From assembly GCA_963805625.1 (NCBI GenBank), contig CAWDVE010000010.1, positions 992,001 through 1,056,000 on the forward strand: a stretch of 64,000 nucleotides of DNA, given 5' to 3'. Source of the DNA: an uncultured Candidatus Rokubacteria bacterium. Its GTDB lineage: Bacteria > Methylomirabilota > Methylomirabilia > Rokubacteriales > DASRDR01. How positions within the stretch are numbered: position 1 is the stretch's first letter; every line of letters starts with the position of its first letter. The notes under the pieces were generated by a model. It saw nothing but the letters and a program-made list of their open reading frames with translations. It searched no databases and was not told the DNA's origin. The translations under genes were made by a program, and so were the position numbers. Shown here in pieces: positions 35,916 through 46,593 of this stretch.

Positions 35916-37403
35916 GTGGACGCCCTTCAGCAGCTCGCCCACGGCTTCGCGGTGGCGTTCTCGCCGCTGAACCTCTTCTGGGCGCTCGTGGGCTCGGTCC
36001 TCGGAACGGCGATCGGCGTCCTGCCCGGCATCGGCCCCGCGCTGACGATCGCCCTCCTCCTTCCGGTGACGACGCAGATGAACCCGACCGGCGCGTTCAT
36101 CATGTTCGCGGGCATCCTCTACGGCGCGATGTACGGCGGATCGACGACGTCGATCCTGCTGAACACGCCGGGCGAGAGCGGCGCGATCATGACGGCGCTC
36201 GAGGGCAACCGCATGGCCCGGCGGGGCCGCGGGGCCGCCGCTCTCGCCACCGCAGCGATCGGGTCGTTCGTCGCCGGCACCCTCGCCACCATCGCGCTGA
36301 CGTTCGCGGCGCCGACGGTGGCCGAGCTCGCCTTCGTCTTCGGCCCGGCGGACTACTTCGCGCTCATGGTGATCGCCTTCACGTCGGTCTCATGCGTCCT
36401 CGGCTCGTCGCGGGTCCGCGGCTTCGTGTCCTTGTTCATCGGCTTGGCCCTCGGGGTCATGGGCATCGACGCCCAGACGGGACAGGCGCGGCTGACGTTC
36501 GGATCGCCCGAGCTACTGGACGGGATGGAGCTGGTGGTCGTGCTGGTCGGCCTCTTCGCGATCGGCGAGACGATCTACGTGGCAAGCCGGTACGGGGGCG
36601 GCGCGCTCCTCCTGAATCCCTTGGCTGGCGGCCTGTGGATGACTCGCGAGGACTGGCGCCGCTCGTGGAAGCCGTGGCTCCGGGGCACGCTCCTCGGCTT
36701 CCCGATCGGAGCGCTCCCCGCCGGCGGCTCGGAGATCCCGACGTTCCTCTCCTACATGATCGAGCGGCGCCTCGCGCCGAAGCGCGAGGAGTTCGGCCGC
36801 GAGGGCGCGATCGAGGGCGTGGCCGGACCCGAGGCGGCCAACAACGCCGCGGCGGCCGGCGTCCTGGTTCCCCTCCTCACGCTCGGCCTGCCGACCTCCG
36901 CGACCGCCGCGATCCTGCTCGCCGCCTTCCAGAACTACGGGCTCCAGCCAGGTCCCTATCTGTTCCTGAACAACCCCGACCTCGTGTGGGGCCTCATCGC
37001 GTCGCTCTACATCGGGAACGTCATGCTGCTGGTGCTGAACCTGCCTCTGGTCGGTATCTGGGTACGCCTCCTCCTGATCCCCCGCCCCTGGCTCTACGGC
37101 GGCATCATGGTCTTCGGCATCGTCGGTGTGTACGGGCTCGGCGCCTCGGAGCTCGACCTCGCCCTCATGGTCCTGATCGGCCTCGCCGGCTACGCGATGC
37201 GGGTCTACGACTTCCCGATCGCGCCGGCGCTCCTCGGCATGATCCTCGGCCCGATGGCCGAGACCCAGCTCCGGCGGGCTCTGGCCATCGGCCAGGGGTC
37301 CCCGTGGACGCTCGTCGAGTCCCCGCTCTCGGCGACGCTCCTCCTCCTGGCGATGGCGGTGCTGCTGCTCCCCACCGTGCTCCGGCGCCTCCGCCCGGCC
37401 TGA
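35916..37403 (+). CDS. tctA: Tripartite tricarboxylate transporter large permease
   Basis: [43 protein letters not shown]. Confidence 0.95.
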   Translation: MDALQQLAHGFAVAFSPLNLFWALVGSVLGTAIGVLPGIGPALTIALLLPVTTQMNPTGAFIMFAGILYGAMYGGSTTSILLNTPGESGAIMTALEGNRMARRGRGAAALATAAIGSFVAGTLATIALTFAAPTVAELAFVFGPADYFALMVIAFTSVSCVLGSSRVRGFVSLFIGLALGVMGIDAQTGQARLTFGSPELLDGMELVVVLVGLFAIGETIYVASRYGGGALLLNPLAGGLWMTREDWRRSWKPWLRGTLLGFPIGALPAGGSEIPTFLSYMIERRLAPKREEFGREGAIEGVAGPEAANNAAAAGVLVPLLTLGLPTSATAAILLAAFQNYGLQPGPYLFLNNPDLVWGLIASLYIGNVMLLVLNLPLVGIWVRLLLIPRPWLYGGIMVFGIVGVYGLGASELDLALMVLIGLAGYAMRVYDFPIAPALLGMILGPMAETQLRRALAIGQGSPWTLVESPLSATLLLLAMAVLLLPTVLRRLRPA

Positions 37404-37415
37404 GAAGAGGATCCC

Positions 37416-39008
37416 GTGTCGACCGTGGCCTACTTCTCGATGGAGTTCGGGCTCCACGAGGAGTTCCCGTCCTACTCCGGGGGCCTGGGCGTGCTCGCCG
37501 GCGACTTCCTCAAGGGAGCCCACGACCTCGCGCTGCCCGTGGTCGGGGTGGGGCTCCGCTGGGCGGAGGGCTACACGACGCAGCGGCTCGACGCCTCGGA
37601 CGAGCCCGCAGACGAGTGGCACGAGCATCACCCGAACTTCCTCGACGACACCGGCGTCCGCGTTCGGGTCCGCGTGGCCGGACGCGGCGTCGAGTGCCGC
37701 GTGTGGCGCGTGGGCCGCTACGCGATCGTGCCTCTCTACCTCCTGGAGCCGACCGATCAGCGGGACCGGTGGATCACGCGCCGGCTGTACGACCCCCGCC
37801 CCGACTGCCGCATCGCCCAGGAAATGCTCCTCGGAATCGGAGGGGCGCGGGCCCTCAGGCAGCTCCACCCGGAGGTCCGCACCTATCACTTCAACGAGGG
37901 GCACGCCGTGTTCGCGGGCGTGGAGCTGATCGCGGCCCAGATGGAGGACGGGGCGAGCTTCGAGGCCGCCTGGCGCGCGGCGCGGGAGCGCGTCGTCTTC
38001 ACCACCCACACGCCGGTTCCGGCCGGGAACGAGATCCACTCGCTCGCCGACATCCTGCGCCTCGGCGCCGGATGCGAGCTCGTCGCCGCCGAACTCCGCC
38101 AGCTGGGCGGCGACCCGTTCAACATGACGGCGGCCGGGCTCCGGCTGGCGCGTCGGGCGAACGCCGTGTCCGAGCGCCACGGCCAGACCGCCCGGGCCAT
38201 GTGGGCCGACGTCCGCGATGCGGCGCCGATCATCGCCGTCACGAACGGCGTGCACGTGCCCACCTGGCAGGACCCGCGCATGGCGGACGCGCTCGCGAGC
38301 GACGAGCCGCTCGAGACCCTCCGCCGGGAGCTCAAGGTCGAGCTCCTGACCGTGATTGAGCGGCGCACCGGCATGCGGCTCTCCCCCGACGTCCTGACCG
38401 TGGCGGTGGCGCGACGCGCGGCGACCTACAAGCGCCCCGACCTCGTGCTCAGCGACGTCGAGCGGATCGGGCGCCTCCTGAAAGGCCGGCAGCTCCAGCT
38501 CGTTTTTGCCGGCAAGGCGCACCCCGCCGACCGGGCTGGCAAGGCGATGGTGACGCGGCTGGTCCGGACGATCCGCCAGTGGCCGGATGCCGCCGTCTTC
38601 CTGGAGAACTACGACATGGGGCTCGCGCGGCTCCTCACGCGCGGGACCGACGTGTGGCTCAACACGCCGCGGCCCCCTCTCGAGGCGAGCGGCACGTCGG
38701 GGATGAAGGCCGCGCTCAACGGGGTGCTCCACTGCTCCACCCTCGACGGCTGGTGGCCCGAGGGATGCGAGCACGGCGTGACGGGATGGGCGATCGGCGA
38801 TGGGGCGGAGGGCGAGCCGTCCGAGGAGCACGACGCGCGCGATCACGCCTCGCTCCTCCGCATCATCGAGGAGGAGATGCTGCCCGCCTACGCGGACCGT
38901 CCCCGGTGGCTCGCGATGATGCGGGCGTCGGTCCGCATGGCCGCCGGGCGCTTCTCCGCCGAGCGCATGGTGCGCGACTACTTCGCCCGCCTCTACGCGG
39001 ACGCCTGA
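37416..39008 (+). CDS. glgP: Alpha-glucan (glycogen/maltodextrin) phosphorylase, compact form
   Basis: AYFSMEFG, YSGGLGVLAGD, NEGH, FTTHTP, ARRAATYKR, GKAHP, EASGTSGMKAALNG (PLP Lys). Confidence 0.92.
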   Translation: MSTVAYFSMEFGLHEEFPSYSGGLGVLAGDFLKGAHDLALPVVGVGLRWAEGYTTQRLDASDEPADEWHEHHPNFLDDTGVRVRVRVAGRGVECRVWRVGRYAIVPLYLLEPTDQRDRWITRRLYDPRPDCRIAQEMLLGIGGARALRQLHPEVRTYHFNEGHAVFAGVELIAAQMEDGASFEAAWRAARERVVFTTHTPVPAGNEIHSLADILRLGAGCELVAAELRQLGGDPFNMTAAGLRLARRANAVSERHGQTARAMWADVRDAAPIIAVTNGVHVPTWQDPRMADALASDEPLETLRRELKVELLTVIERRTGMRLSPDVLTVAVARRAATYKRPDLVLSDVERIGRLLKGRQLQLVFAGKAHPADRAGKAMVTRLVRTIRQWPDAAVFLENYDMGLARLLTRGTDVWLNTPRPPLEASGTSGMKAALNGVLHCSTLDGWWPEGCEHGVTGWAIGDGAEGEPSEEHDARDHASLLRIIEEEMLPAYADRPRWLAMMRASVRMAAGRFSAERMVRDYFARLYADA

Positions 39009-39036
39009 CGGCGCCCGCGCTCCCGGACCCGGGCCG

Positions 39037-39825
39037 TTGACGACGGGCGATCTCGACCAGCCGCTTCGCGACGCCTTCCGGTTCGAGGCCGCCGATCTCG
39101 CCGCGAACCGTGCGGGCCGGCTCTCTCCGCGCCAGACGGCGCTCCTCCACGCGGGCCGGAGGGGCATGCAGCTGTCGCTCGCGGTTTTCGTGGCCGTGAT
39201 GCTCGGCAGCGTGGGCCTCGTGGCCTTCTTCAGCGGGCGCCTTCACACCCCAGGGGGCTCTCTGAGCGGCGTCGGGGTGGCGGCGGGCGTCGGCCTGGCC
39301 GTCGTGCTGGTGGGATATCTCCTGAGTCGCCCGTATCTCTGGGCGGTCCGCTCCCCGCAGCTCAGGGTAGCGCGAGGCCCGGTCGGGATCGTCTCCGACG
39401 CCCTCGACGACTGCCGAGTCCGGATCGGCGGGACCGAGCTGCGTCTGCCGGACGCGGACGCACTGCCGGCCTTCCAGGCGGGAGTCGAGTACCGCGTGTT
39501 CTATCTGGCCGGTCCCGTGGCAACCGTCCTCTCCGGGGAAGCCCTCTCCGGCGGAGGGGCATCCCGGGAGCCCGGCCCGGACGCCGAAACCGATGCGGCA
39601 GAGCGCGCCGGGGCGAGCGTCCAGATTGGCCAGGTCAGGCGCGCCTACCTGATCGTCGTCCTACTGGGAATCCTGGCGCTCGGCATTCCCCTGGCCGGCG
39701 TCCTCGCGGGCGACCTGCCGGCCCGCTTCCGCCCCCTCGCGTGGATCGGCCTCTTCGCCGTCGCCAGCGGGTTCGTCTGGCTCGCCCTCGCCTGGCTCAC
39801 CCCCGGGAAGCGCCGCCGGTCCTGA
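39037..39825 (+). CDS. Hypothetical membrane protein (4 TM)
   Basis: Clean ORF with two TM pairs; N-terminal FxFxxxDLxANRxGxLSxRQ pattern. Confidence 0.7.
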   Translation: MTTGDLDQPLRDAFRFEAADLAANRAGRLSPRQTALLHAGRRGMQLSLAVFVAVMLGSVGLVAFFSGRLHTPGGSLSGVGVAAGVGLAVVLVGYLLSRPYLWAVRSPQLRVARGPVGIVSDALDDCRVRIGGTELRLPDADALPAFQAGVEYRVFYLAGPVATVLSGEALSGGGASREPGPDAETDAAERAGASVQIGQVRRAYLIVVLLGILALGIPLAGVLAGDLPARFRPLAWIGLFAVASGFVWLALAWLTPGKRRRS

Positions 39826-39870
39826 GCACCCGAGCAGCAGCTCCAGCGGCCGGAGCTGGCCGGCAACCGG

Positions 39871-40911
39871 CTACCCGCGTCGCGCCGCGAACGCGAACGT
39901 GATGTCGGGCACGTGGGGACGCGCCGTGACCTCGACGAAGCCCGCGTCGGACATCGCCCGCGTGATCCCCTCCACCGTGTGGGGGTGCGTCGAGGCCGAG
40001 ATCGCCAGGTTCGCGAAGTACCAGAGGGCGGCGTTGCGCGGCCCGGGGCGGTCCCCGTGGAGGGCGAAGTCGTGGATGACGAGTCCCCCTCCGGGCGGGA
40101 GATACGCGTGGGCGCGGGCCAGGAGGTCTCGCAGGACCGGCGGACCGTAGGAGCTCACTACGTACGAGAGGAGGATGAGGTCCGCCCCCTCCGGCCAGGC
40201 CCCGGTGACGACGTCCCCTGGCACGCAGCGGATCCGGTCCGCGAGGCCCGCCTCCCCGACGATCTTCCGGGCTACGGCGACCACCGCGGGATGGTCGACG
40301 ACGATCGCCGATAGCCCGTGCCGCCGCACCATCTCGATCGCGAAGACGCCCGAGCCGCCCCCGAGATCCAGGAGATTGGTGAACCGCGCGACGTCGGGCG
40401 TCTTCGCGAGGAGATACGCAGGACCGGACGAGCCCGCGTGCTGACCGCGGATGAACTCCTCCGTCCGGACAGGATCGTCGAGGAAGCCGGCGTAGGTCGC
40501 CCCGCCGGCTCCGCCCCGCACGACGGCACGGGCGGCCGGGACCTGGGAATAGAGAGTGGCGGCGATCTGGCGCAGGTAGTAGTCGCCCATGTAGCCGCGC
40601 GCGTGACGCACCAGGTACCGGTCCGCCGCCGCGCTGTTCCGGTAGCGGTCTCCGTCCCGCTCGAGCAGGTCCGTCGCCACGCACGCCTCGAGGAGGGCGA
40701 GGAGCGGCCGCGGCTCGGTGCCGAGCCGCTGCGCCAGCTCGGCGATCGATGCGGGACCGGCCGTCAGCTCGGTGAAGAGACCGACCTCGAGGGCGGCGAA
40801 GAGCGCCTGCGAGCCCATGAAGCCGTACGCGACCGACGAGATGGCCATGACGCCGTCGTCGTGTCGAGCGGCCGAAGGGCGGTCGCGCGAGTCGTCCGGC
40901 CGTGTCACCAC
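39871..40911 (-). CDS. SAM-dependent O-methyltransferase (dimerisation + Methyltransf_2)
   Basis: SQALFAALEVGLF, LLDLGGGSG, VPGD, PGGGLVIHDF; start GTG 40911 (TACGCT 6 nt upstream) or ATG 40848. Confidence 0.88.
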   Translation of the reverse strand: MVTRPDDSRDRPSAARHDDGVMAISSVAYGFMGSQALFAALEVGLFTELTAGPASIAELAQRLGTEPRPLLALLEACVATDLLERDGDRYRNSAAADRYLVRHARGYMGDYYLRQIAATLYSQVPAARAVVRGGAGGATYAGFLDDPVRTEEFIRGQHAGSSGPAYLLAKTPDVARFTNLLDLGGGSGVFAIEMVRRHGLSAIVVDHPAVVAVARKIVGEAGLADRIRCVPGDVVTGAWPEGADLILLSYVVSSYGPPVLRDLLARAHAYLPPGGGLVIHDFALHGDRPGPRNAALWYFANLAISASTHPHTVEGITRAMSDAGFVEVTARPHVPDITFAFAARRG

Positions 40912-41122
40912 GGCGAGAGCGTAGGCGGGCCTGCGCGAGGCGTCAACCGTACGGCCTCGTGCACGGGTGGCGCACGGCCTGGCATCCGGCGAGACGGCGC
41001 CTGTCAATGAGGGAACGAGACACCCGGGTCCACAGATTCGTGCAAGGAGAGATAGGGGGCCCTGGCCTTGACCTACCCAGACTTCTGCCACTCCGGTTGG
41101 GAGTCCGGCTCGCTCGGGCCGT

Positions 41123-43017
41123 TCAGGGGTCTCTCTCTCTCTCGGGCGGCCCCAGCTCCGTCTCCACCTGCGTCAGGTAGAAGCCCATGTCCATCTCACG
41201 GTACATCTTGGCGGCGACTGCGAGGTGCCCGTCGGTCTCTCCCCCGTCGGTCGTGCGGCGATAGAGTTTGCCGAGGCCGAGGTGGCAGTGGGCGGCGAGG
41301 GGGCGCATGCCGAGCTCGTCGGCGAGAACGAGGGCCTCGCGATAGTGGCCCTCGGCGCCCTCGGCGTCGGACGGATCGCCCTGGGAGCCGATCTCACCCA
41401 GGAGCCGGAGCGCATAGGTTTCGTGACCCCGCTGTCCCAGTTCGCGCGTCAGGGCCAGGGCCCGCCCGCCCGACACCCGCGCATCGTCCAGTCGGCCGGC
41501 GACGAGGTACGCCTCGCCGACGTCCACGAGAAACTTCGACAGATATATGCCCGTCCCAAAGGGTTGGCGAGCCTCCTCGGCCGAGCGTAGCAGGTCGAGG
41601 CCCTCCTCCACACGCCCCGACCGGACGAGGACATGACCCAGGGCACCGCCGTTGTGCACCGTCAGACTGAGAATGTGGGCCTCACGCGACACCGCGAGTC
41701 CGCGCTCGAGCAGCCGGACCGCCTCGCCAAAATCCCCCTTGAGCCCGTGCAGGTACCCAAGCAACCAGAATGCATGGCCCGCGCTGGCGGCGTGACCCAG
41801 CGCCTCGGCAAGGCGGATCGCTTCCTGCCCGTGCACGAGACCATGCGAGAAGGCGCCGCGCTCTGCCAGGGCTCGCGTCAGGAGGCAGCACCGCCGGAAA
41901 CCCGTAGAGGCCACAGCGCTCGTGAGCCAGATCGCCGTCGAGCGACTGCACGACCTCTCCGAGCAGCTCCTCGGCCTGCCGATAGTCACCGCCGTCAACG
42001 CAGGCCGTACCGAGCAGGTAGCTCGCCGCGATCTGGAGTGGGACGTCCCCGATCGTCTGGCCGATCGCACGCGCTTGCTCGGCGGACACGCGCTGGGGCT
42101 TGGTGTCATCCATGCCGAAGAAATTCTGGCTCATGTGGAGATAGACCCACCCGAGCCGCCGGGGCTCATCGAGCACCCGCGTCAGGCGTTCGGCCTGGCC
42201 GAGCAGCTCGGCGCATCGCCCGAGCTCTCCGAGCATGTAGTGCACGTTGCGAAGATCGAACCGCAGATCGATGCCCTGCTCGACCGTCTCGCGGGTCTCC
42301 GGCAAATGCGCCAGGGCCTCGAGCGCCTGCTCGAAGCAGATGGCCGAATCCCGGTTGGCCGATCGCGCGAACGCCTTGGCCCCCGCCTGCCGGAGGTAGG
42401 CGACTCCCCGCTCCCAGAGCTCGCCTCGGAAGGCGTGGTGGGCCAGCTGTTCGACGTTCTCGGTCAGCCGATCGGGGTGGAGCGCCTCGATGGTATGGGC
42501 GATCCTTGCATGCAGGGTCCGCCGCCGATCATGCAGCACGCTCCCGTACGCGACCTCGTGGGTGAATGCGTGCTTGAAGGTGTACTCGAGATCCGGGAAA
42601 AGACTCGTCTCGTACAGGAATTCGGCCGCCTGTAGGTGGCTGAGCACCAGGCGAAACGTGTCCTCCGGCGTGTCCGCGATGGCGTGGAGGAGCGCGAACG
42701 GCACGTCCTTTCCGATGACGGATACGGTGCCCTCGTAGTGATGGACGGCCTCCATCATCCGCTCCAGCACGGGGTCGAGCACCTTGCGCGCCTCCTCGGG
42801 GTCCCGGTCAGCGAGCAGCTCCATCGAGCCCTTCAGGTCGGCGAAGAGGACAGTCACGTGCTTGCGCTCACCCTCCAGCGCGCTCTTGGAGGTGAGGATC
42901 TTCTCGGCGAGGTGTTTTGGCGTGTAGGCCTCAGGGGCATCGAAGCGCTGAGCCGGAGGCGGCCTCGCAAAACTTCGCGCCCGCCTCGTTTTCGTGCTGG
43001 CACCGGGGACAGTTCAT
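41123..43017 (-). pseudogene. Zinc-ribbon/adenylate cyclase/AAA/TPR gene with internal deletions and frameshifts
   Basis: MNCPRCQHENEAGAKFCE (43017), frameshift to YTPKHLAEKIL...ERKHVTVLFADLKGS, in-frame jump HYEGTV|SVIGKDVP near 42720, frameshift near 41885 into the TPR tail ELGMRPLAAHCHLGLG...MYREMDM. Confidence 0.88.
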
Positions 43018-43180
43018 CGGCCGGCCTCTCTCTTATGCAGGGCGGCTAGTATATGCCAGACCCGGGGTGGACCGAGCGTGATCCTTGATCGCCCTCGACA
43101 CCAAGCTCCAAGGAGGCCCCACTGCCCGCTCGTATGGCAACGAGGGTAGCCCGCGGGCCGGCGCGCCGATCAGCGCGTCG

Positions 43181-44173
43181 TCAGCGCCCGCGCGCCATCT
43201 CGGTCCAGCAGGTCTCGAGGCGGGCGAGAGCCTCGGGGGACAGCGGCCCCTTCCCCAAAGCGGCCGCCGCGCCCTCGAGGTGCTCGAGGCTCGAGTAGCC
43301 GAGGAGCACCGTCGACACCGCGTCCGAGCCCAGGGGGAAGCGCAGCGCCGCCTCGACCAGGCTCGCCGCATGGCCCTCCTCGACCAGCACCCGCAGGGCT
43401 CGGGCCCGGCCGACGTCGGTGGCATAGTCGGGCCCCGAGCCGATCGGATCGACGGCCGGGACGGCGATCGGGTGACGCGCGAGCTCGCCCGACAGCGCCC
43501 CCGCGGCCAGCACCCGGATCACCACGACCCCGATCCGCTGCGCACGGGTGCGGGTGAGCAACCGGTCGAAGTCCTGACCCGGGAAGCCCGGCGGCACGGC
43601 GAAGCCGGCGCTCGGATTCAGCAGGTTGAAGCACACCTGCGCCGAGTCCACCGCCCCCGTCGCGAGCACCCGGTGAACCGCCGACGTGTCGCCGATGGCC
43701 GTCATCCCGACGAACCCGATCTTGCCCGCCCGGCGCAGCGTCTCGAACGCCGGAAGGATGCGCTCGAGAACCTCGTCCGCCCCGGGCTCGCCGGCGGCGC
43801 GTGCGGCACGCACCGGATCGTGGAGCTGGAGGAGATCGACTCGATCGCGCCGGAGCCGCCGGAGACTGGTCTCGAGCGAGCGCGTCACGGCCTTCGCCGG
43901 GTCCGCGAGCCCGTCCGCCCCCAGACGCACCTTCGTCGCCACCAGGCATTGCGCCTTGAGAGCCTGGAGGGCCTCGCCCAGATGCTCCTCCGACACGCCG
44001 TCGCCGTAGAGTGGCGCGGTGTCGAAGAAGTTCACGCCGAGCTCGAGGGCGCGGGCCACGGCCCGCTCCCGCTCGGCCCGGGTGCCCCGGATCATGAGAC
44101 CGCCGACGTTGCCGCAGCCGAACCCCAGGGCCGACACGCGGAGGTTGGTGCGGCCGAGCACGCGGTACTCCAT
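43181..44173 (-). CDS. Aldo/keto reductase
   Basis: YRVLGRTNLRVSALGFGC, FDTAPLYGDGVSE, VATK, DLLQLH. Confidence 0.92.
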   Translation of the reverse strand: MEYRVLGRTNLRVSALGFGCGNVGGLMIRGTRAERERAVARALELGVNFFDTAPLYGDGVSEEHLGEALQALKAQCLVATKVRLGADGLADPAKAVTRSLETSLRRLRRDRVDLLQLHDPVRAARAAGEPGADEVLERILPAFETLRRAGKIGFVGMTAIGDTSAVHRVLATGAVDSAQVCFNLLNPSAGFAVPPGFPGQDFDRLLTRTRAQRIGVVVIRVLAAGALSGELARHPIAVPAVDPIGSGPDYATDVGRARALRVLVEEGHAASLVEAALRFPLGSDAVSTVLLGYSSLEHLEGAAAALGKGPLSPEALARLETCWTEMARGR

Positions 44174-44225
44174 CTGTCTCTCCTTGTCCATGGTGAGTCG
44201 GAAGCGCGGATCGCCCGGCGCGAGG

Positions 44226-45254
44226 CTATCCGGCCGCGATCATCTTCTCGAGCCGCTCGAGCTGGTCGCCCGTCCCGAGCGCGAGCAGGCGGTCCCCGGC
44301 CATGAGCGTGAGGTCGGGCGGCGGATTCGGAATCGGCGCTCCCTCGCGGAGCACCGCCAGGATGGAGGCGCCCGTCGCCTGCCGCACGGACAGCGTCTCG
44401 AGCGTCCGGCCGATCGCGCCGCTCGATTGAGGAAGCGATACGTCCTCGATCGCCAGGGCTTCCTGGCCTCGGCTGAGCGCCGTCTCGAAGAAGTCGACGA
44501 CGGCCGGGCTCAGGATCAGGTGCGCCAGACGGTGCCCTCCGATGGCGTAGGGGCTGATGGCTCGATCGGCCCCGGCCCGGAGGAGCTTCGGCACGCTGGC
44601 CTCGTCGGCGGCGCGCGCGACGATGCGCAGGGCCGGGTTGAGCACCCGCGCCGACAGCACGATGTACATGTTGGTGGCGTCGTTGGCCGTGGTGGCGATG
44701 AGACCCCGGGCCCGTCGGATGCCGGCCCGCTCCAAAACGGCGTCCTCGGTGGCGTCGCCCGCCAGGTGGAGGTAGCCCCGATCCTCGGCGAATCGTGCCG
44801 CCCCCGAACCCGGGTCGAGGGCCAGGAACGGCGTCCGGGCCTCGGCCAGCTCCGTCACGGCCTGCCGCCCCACCCGTCCGAGCCCCGCCACGATCACGTG
44901 CCCCTCCAGCTCCGCGATGCGCCGCTCCATCCTGCGCCTCCCTCGGGGATCGGCCATGCCCGTCGCCACCAGGTGGTCGAGCACGACGCTGAACGTGTAG
45001 AAGAAGGCACCGATCCCGGCCAACGCGATCACCATGGTGAAGACACGACCCGGCCCATCGAGCGGTTTCACCTCGCCGTAGCCGATGGTGGTGATCGTCG
45101 TGAAGGTCATGAACAAGGCGTCGAGCCACGTGCCGCCGATGCCCCGCCAGAGCCAGCGGTAGCCGACCGCACCCACGGCCACCACGCTGACGAGCAGCGA
45201 GAGCGGCAGCACGAGGCGCGTCTTGAGCGAACCCGGGCCGAGAGTTTCCACCAT
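44226..45254 (-). CDS. Potassium channel with RCK (TrkA-N/TrkA-C) domains
   Basis: Selectivity filter TTIGYG between two TMs; AGLGRVG, GDAT, IPNPPPD. Confidence 0.93.
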   Translation of the reverse strand: MVETLGPGSLKTRLVLPLSLLVSVVAVGAVGYRWLWRGIGGTWLDALFMTFTTITTIGYGEVKPLDGPGRVFTMVIALAGIGAFFYTFSVVLDHLVATGMADPRGRRRMERRIAELEGHVIVAGLGRVGRQAVTELAEARTPFLALDPGSGAARFAEDRGYLHLAGDATEDAVLERAGIRRARGLIATTANDATNMYIVLSARVLNPALRIVARAADEASVPKLLRAGADRAISPYAIGGHRLAHLILSPAVVDFFETALSRGQEALAIEDVSLPQSSGAIGRTLETLSVRQATGASILAVLREGAPIPNPPPDLTLMAGDRLLALGTGDQLERLEKMIAAG

Positions 45255-45364
45255 GAGTCGCTGCACCCCTCCCGCGGCGATTATACTGGCCGAGGCGTCG
45301 GCCCGGCGGGAACCCGTCGGCGTCGCCGCCTCGGCTCCCACCCAGGCCCTGCGGAGGTCTCGTC

Positions 45365-46357
45365 ATGATCGACGGCTGCTCGGGCGGCGACGACGCCCTC
45401 TTCGACGTGCAGAAGGTGGCGGACGGCGTCCACGTCGCCGTGGCCACGCGCACGTACAAGGTCAATTGCAACACCGCGCTCATCGAGACGGACGATGGCA
45501 TCCTCGTGGTCGATTCCCACTCGAAGCCCTCGGCTGCGCGCGCCGTCGTCGAGCGGCTCCGGGCGATCACGCCGAAGCCCGTCCGCTACGTCGTCAACAC
45601 CCACTTCCACTGGGACCACTGGCAGGGCAACGAGGCGTATCCCTCCGCCTACGGCCACGTCGAGGTGATCACGAACGACATCACGCGCGAGGCCATGGTT
45701 CGCAAGAGCCTGAAGCGCATCCAGGACCACGTGCGCCAGATGCCCGCCGAGATCGAGGGGTTGCGCGCTCAGCTTGCCGCCGCCACGAGCGCCGACCAGC
45801 GCGCCGAGCTCGGCTCGAACCTCCGCCAGGCCGAGCAGTACCTGGCCGAGGTCCGCGCCCTGCGCCCCGCCCTTCCGACCATGGCCTTCGAGCGGACGAT
45901 GCGGATCCTCCAGCGGGACCGCGAGATCCATCTCCTCTTCCTCGGGCGCGCCCACACCGAGGGCGACGTGTTCGTCTACCTCCCGAAGGAGCGAGTGGTG
46001 GTGACCGGGGACGCCGTCATCGGCTGGACTCCCTTCATGGGCGACGGCTATCCGCAGGATTGGCCGGAGACGCTGCGGCGCCTCGAGCAGCTCGACTTCG
46101 ACCGGATGATCCTGGGTCACGGCCAGGTGGCGGGGCGCGACTGGCTCCGCACGTTCCGGAGCTACGTCGAGGATCTCGTGGAGGCCGTCCGGCGGGAGGT
46201 GTGGGCCGGCGCCGGGCTGGAGGAGACGAAGGAGCGCGTGCGGGACGCGCTCGCGCCGAAGTACGAGGCTGCGCTCACGCGCGAGGGCGGCACCTACCGG
46301 CCCTGGCGGACGCTCGTGCTCGCCAACATCGAGCGCGCCTACCAGATGGTGAGCTAG
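45365..46357 (+). CDS. MBL-fold metallo-hydrolase
   Basis: NTHFHWDHWQGN, AHTEGD, TGD, GHG. Confidence 0.9.
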   Translation: MIDGCSGGDDALFDVQKVADGVHVAVATRTYKVNCNTALIETDDGILVVDSHSKPSAARAVVERLRAITPKPVRYVVNTHFHWDHWQGNEAYPSAYGHVEVITNDITREAMVRKSLKRIQDHVRQMPAEIEGLRAQLAAATSADQRAELGSNLRQAEQYLAEVRALRPALPTMAFERTMRILQRDREIHLLFLGRAHTEGDVFVYLPKERVVVTGDAVIGWTPFMGDGYPQDWPETLRRLEQLDFDRMILGHGQVAGRDWLRTFRSYVEDLVEAVRREVWAGAGLEETKERVRDALAPKYEAALTREGGTYRPWRTLVLANIERAYQMVS

Positions 46358-46593
46358 CCTCCGGGCGTCTCGGACCGCTGGGCCGCGGCGACCGCGAACT
46401 GGAAGACTATGTTCGCGGCGAGGATGCTCGACTGCGCCCGGGTGTCCGTCAACGGATTGAGCTCGTTCAGCGCGAAGCCGTGCACGAACGGCGCCAGCGC
46501 GACGACCAGGTCGAGGAGCTCCCGACTGGTGAGCCCGCCCGGCTCGTGCCAGCCGACGCCGGGCGCATGGGCGGGGTCGAGGACGCTCTGATC
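46354..46593 (-). pseudogene. C-terminal remnant of an arginase/agmatinase family gene
   Basis: DQSVLDPAHAPGVGWHEPGGLTSRELL...NELNPLTD matches ureohydrolase C-termini; starts right after the EamA stop with no N-terminus. Confidence 0.8.
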
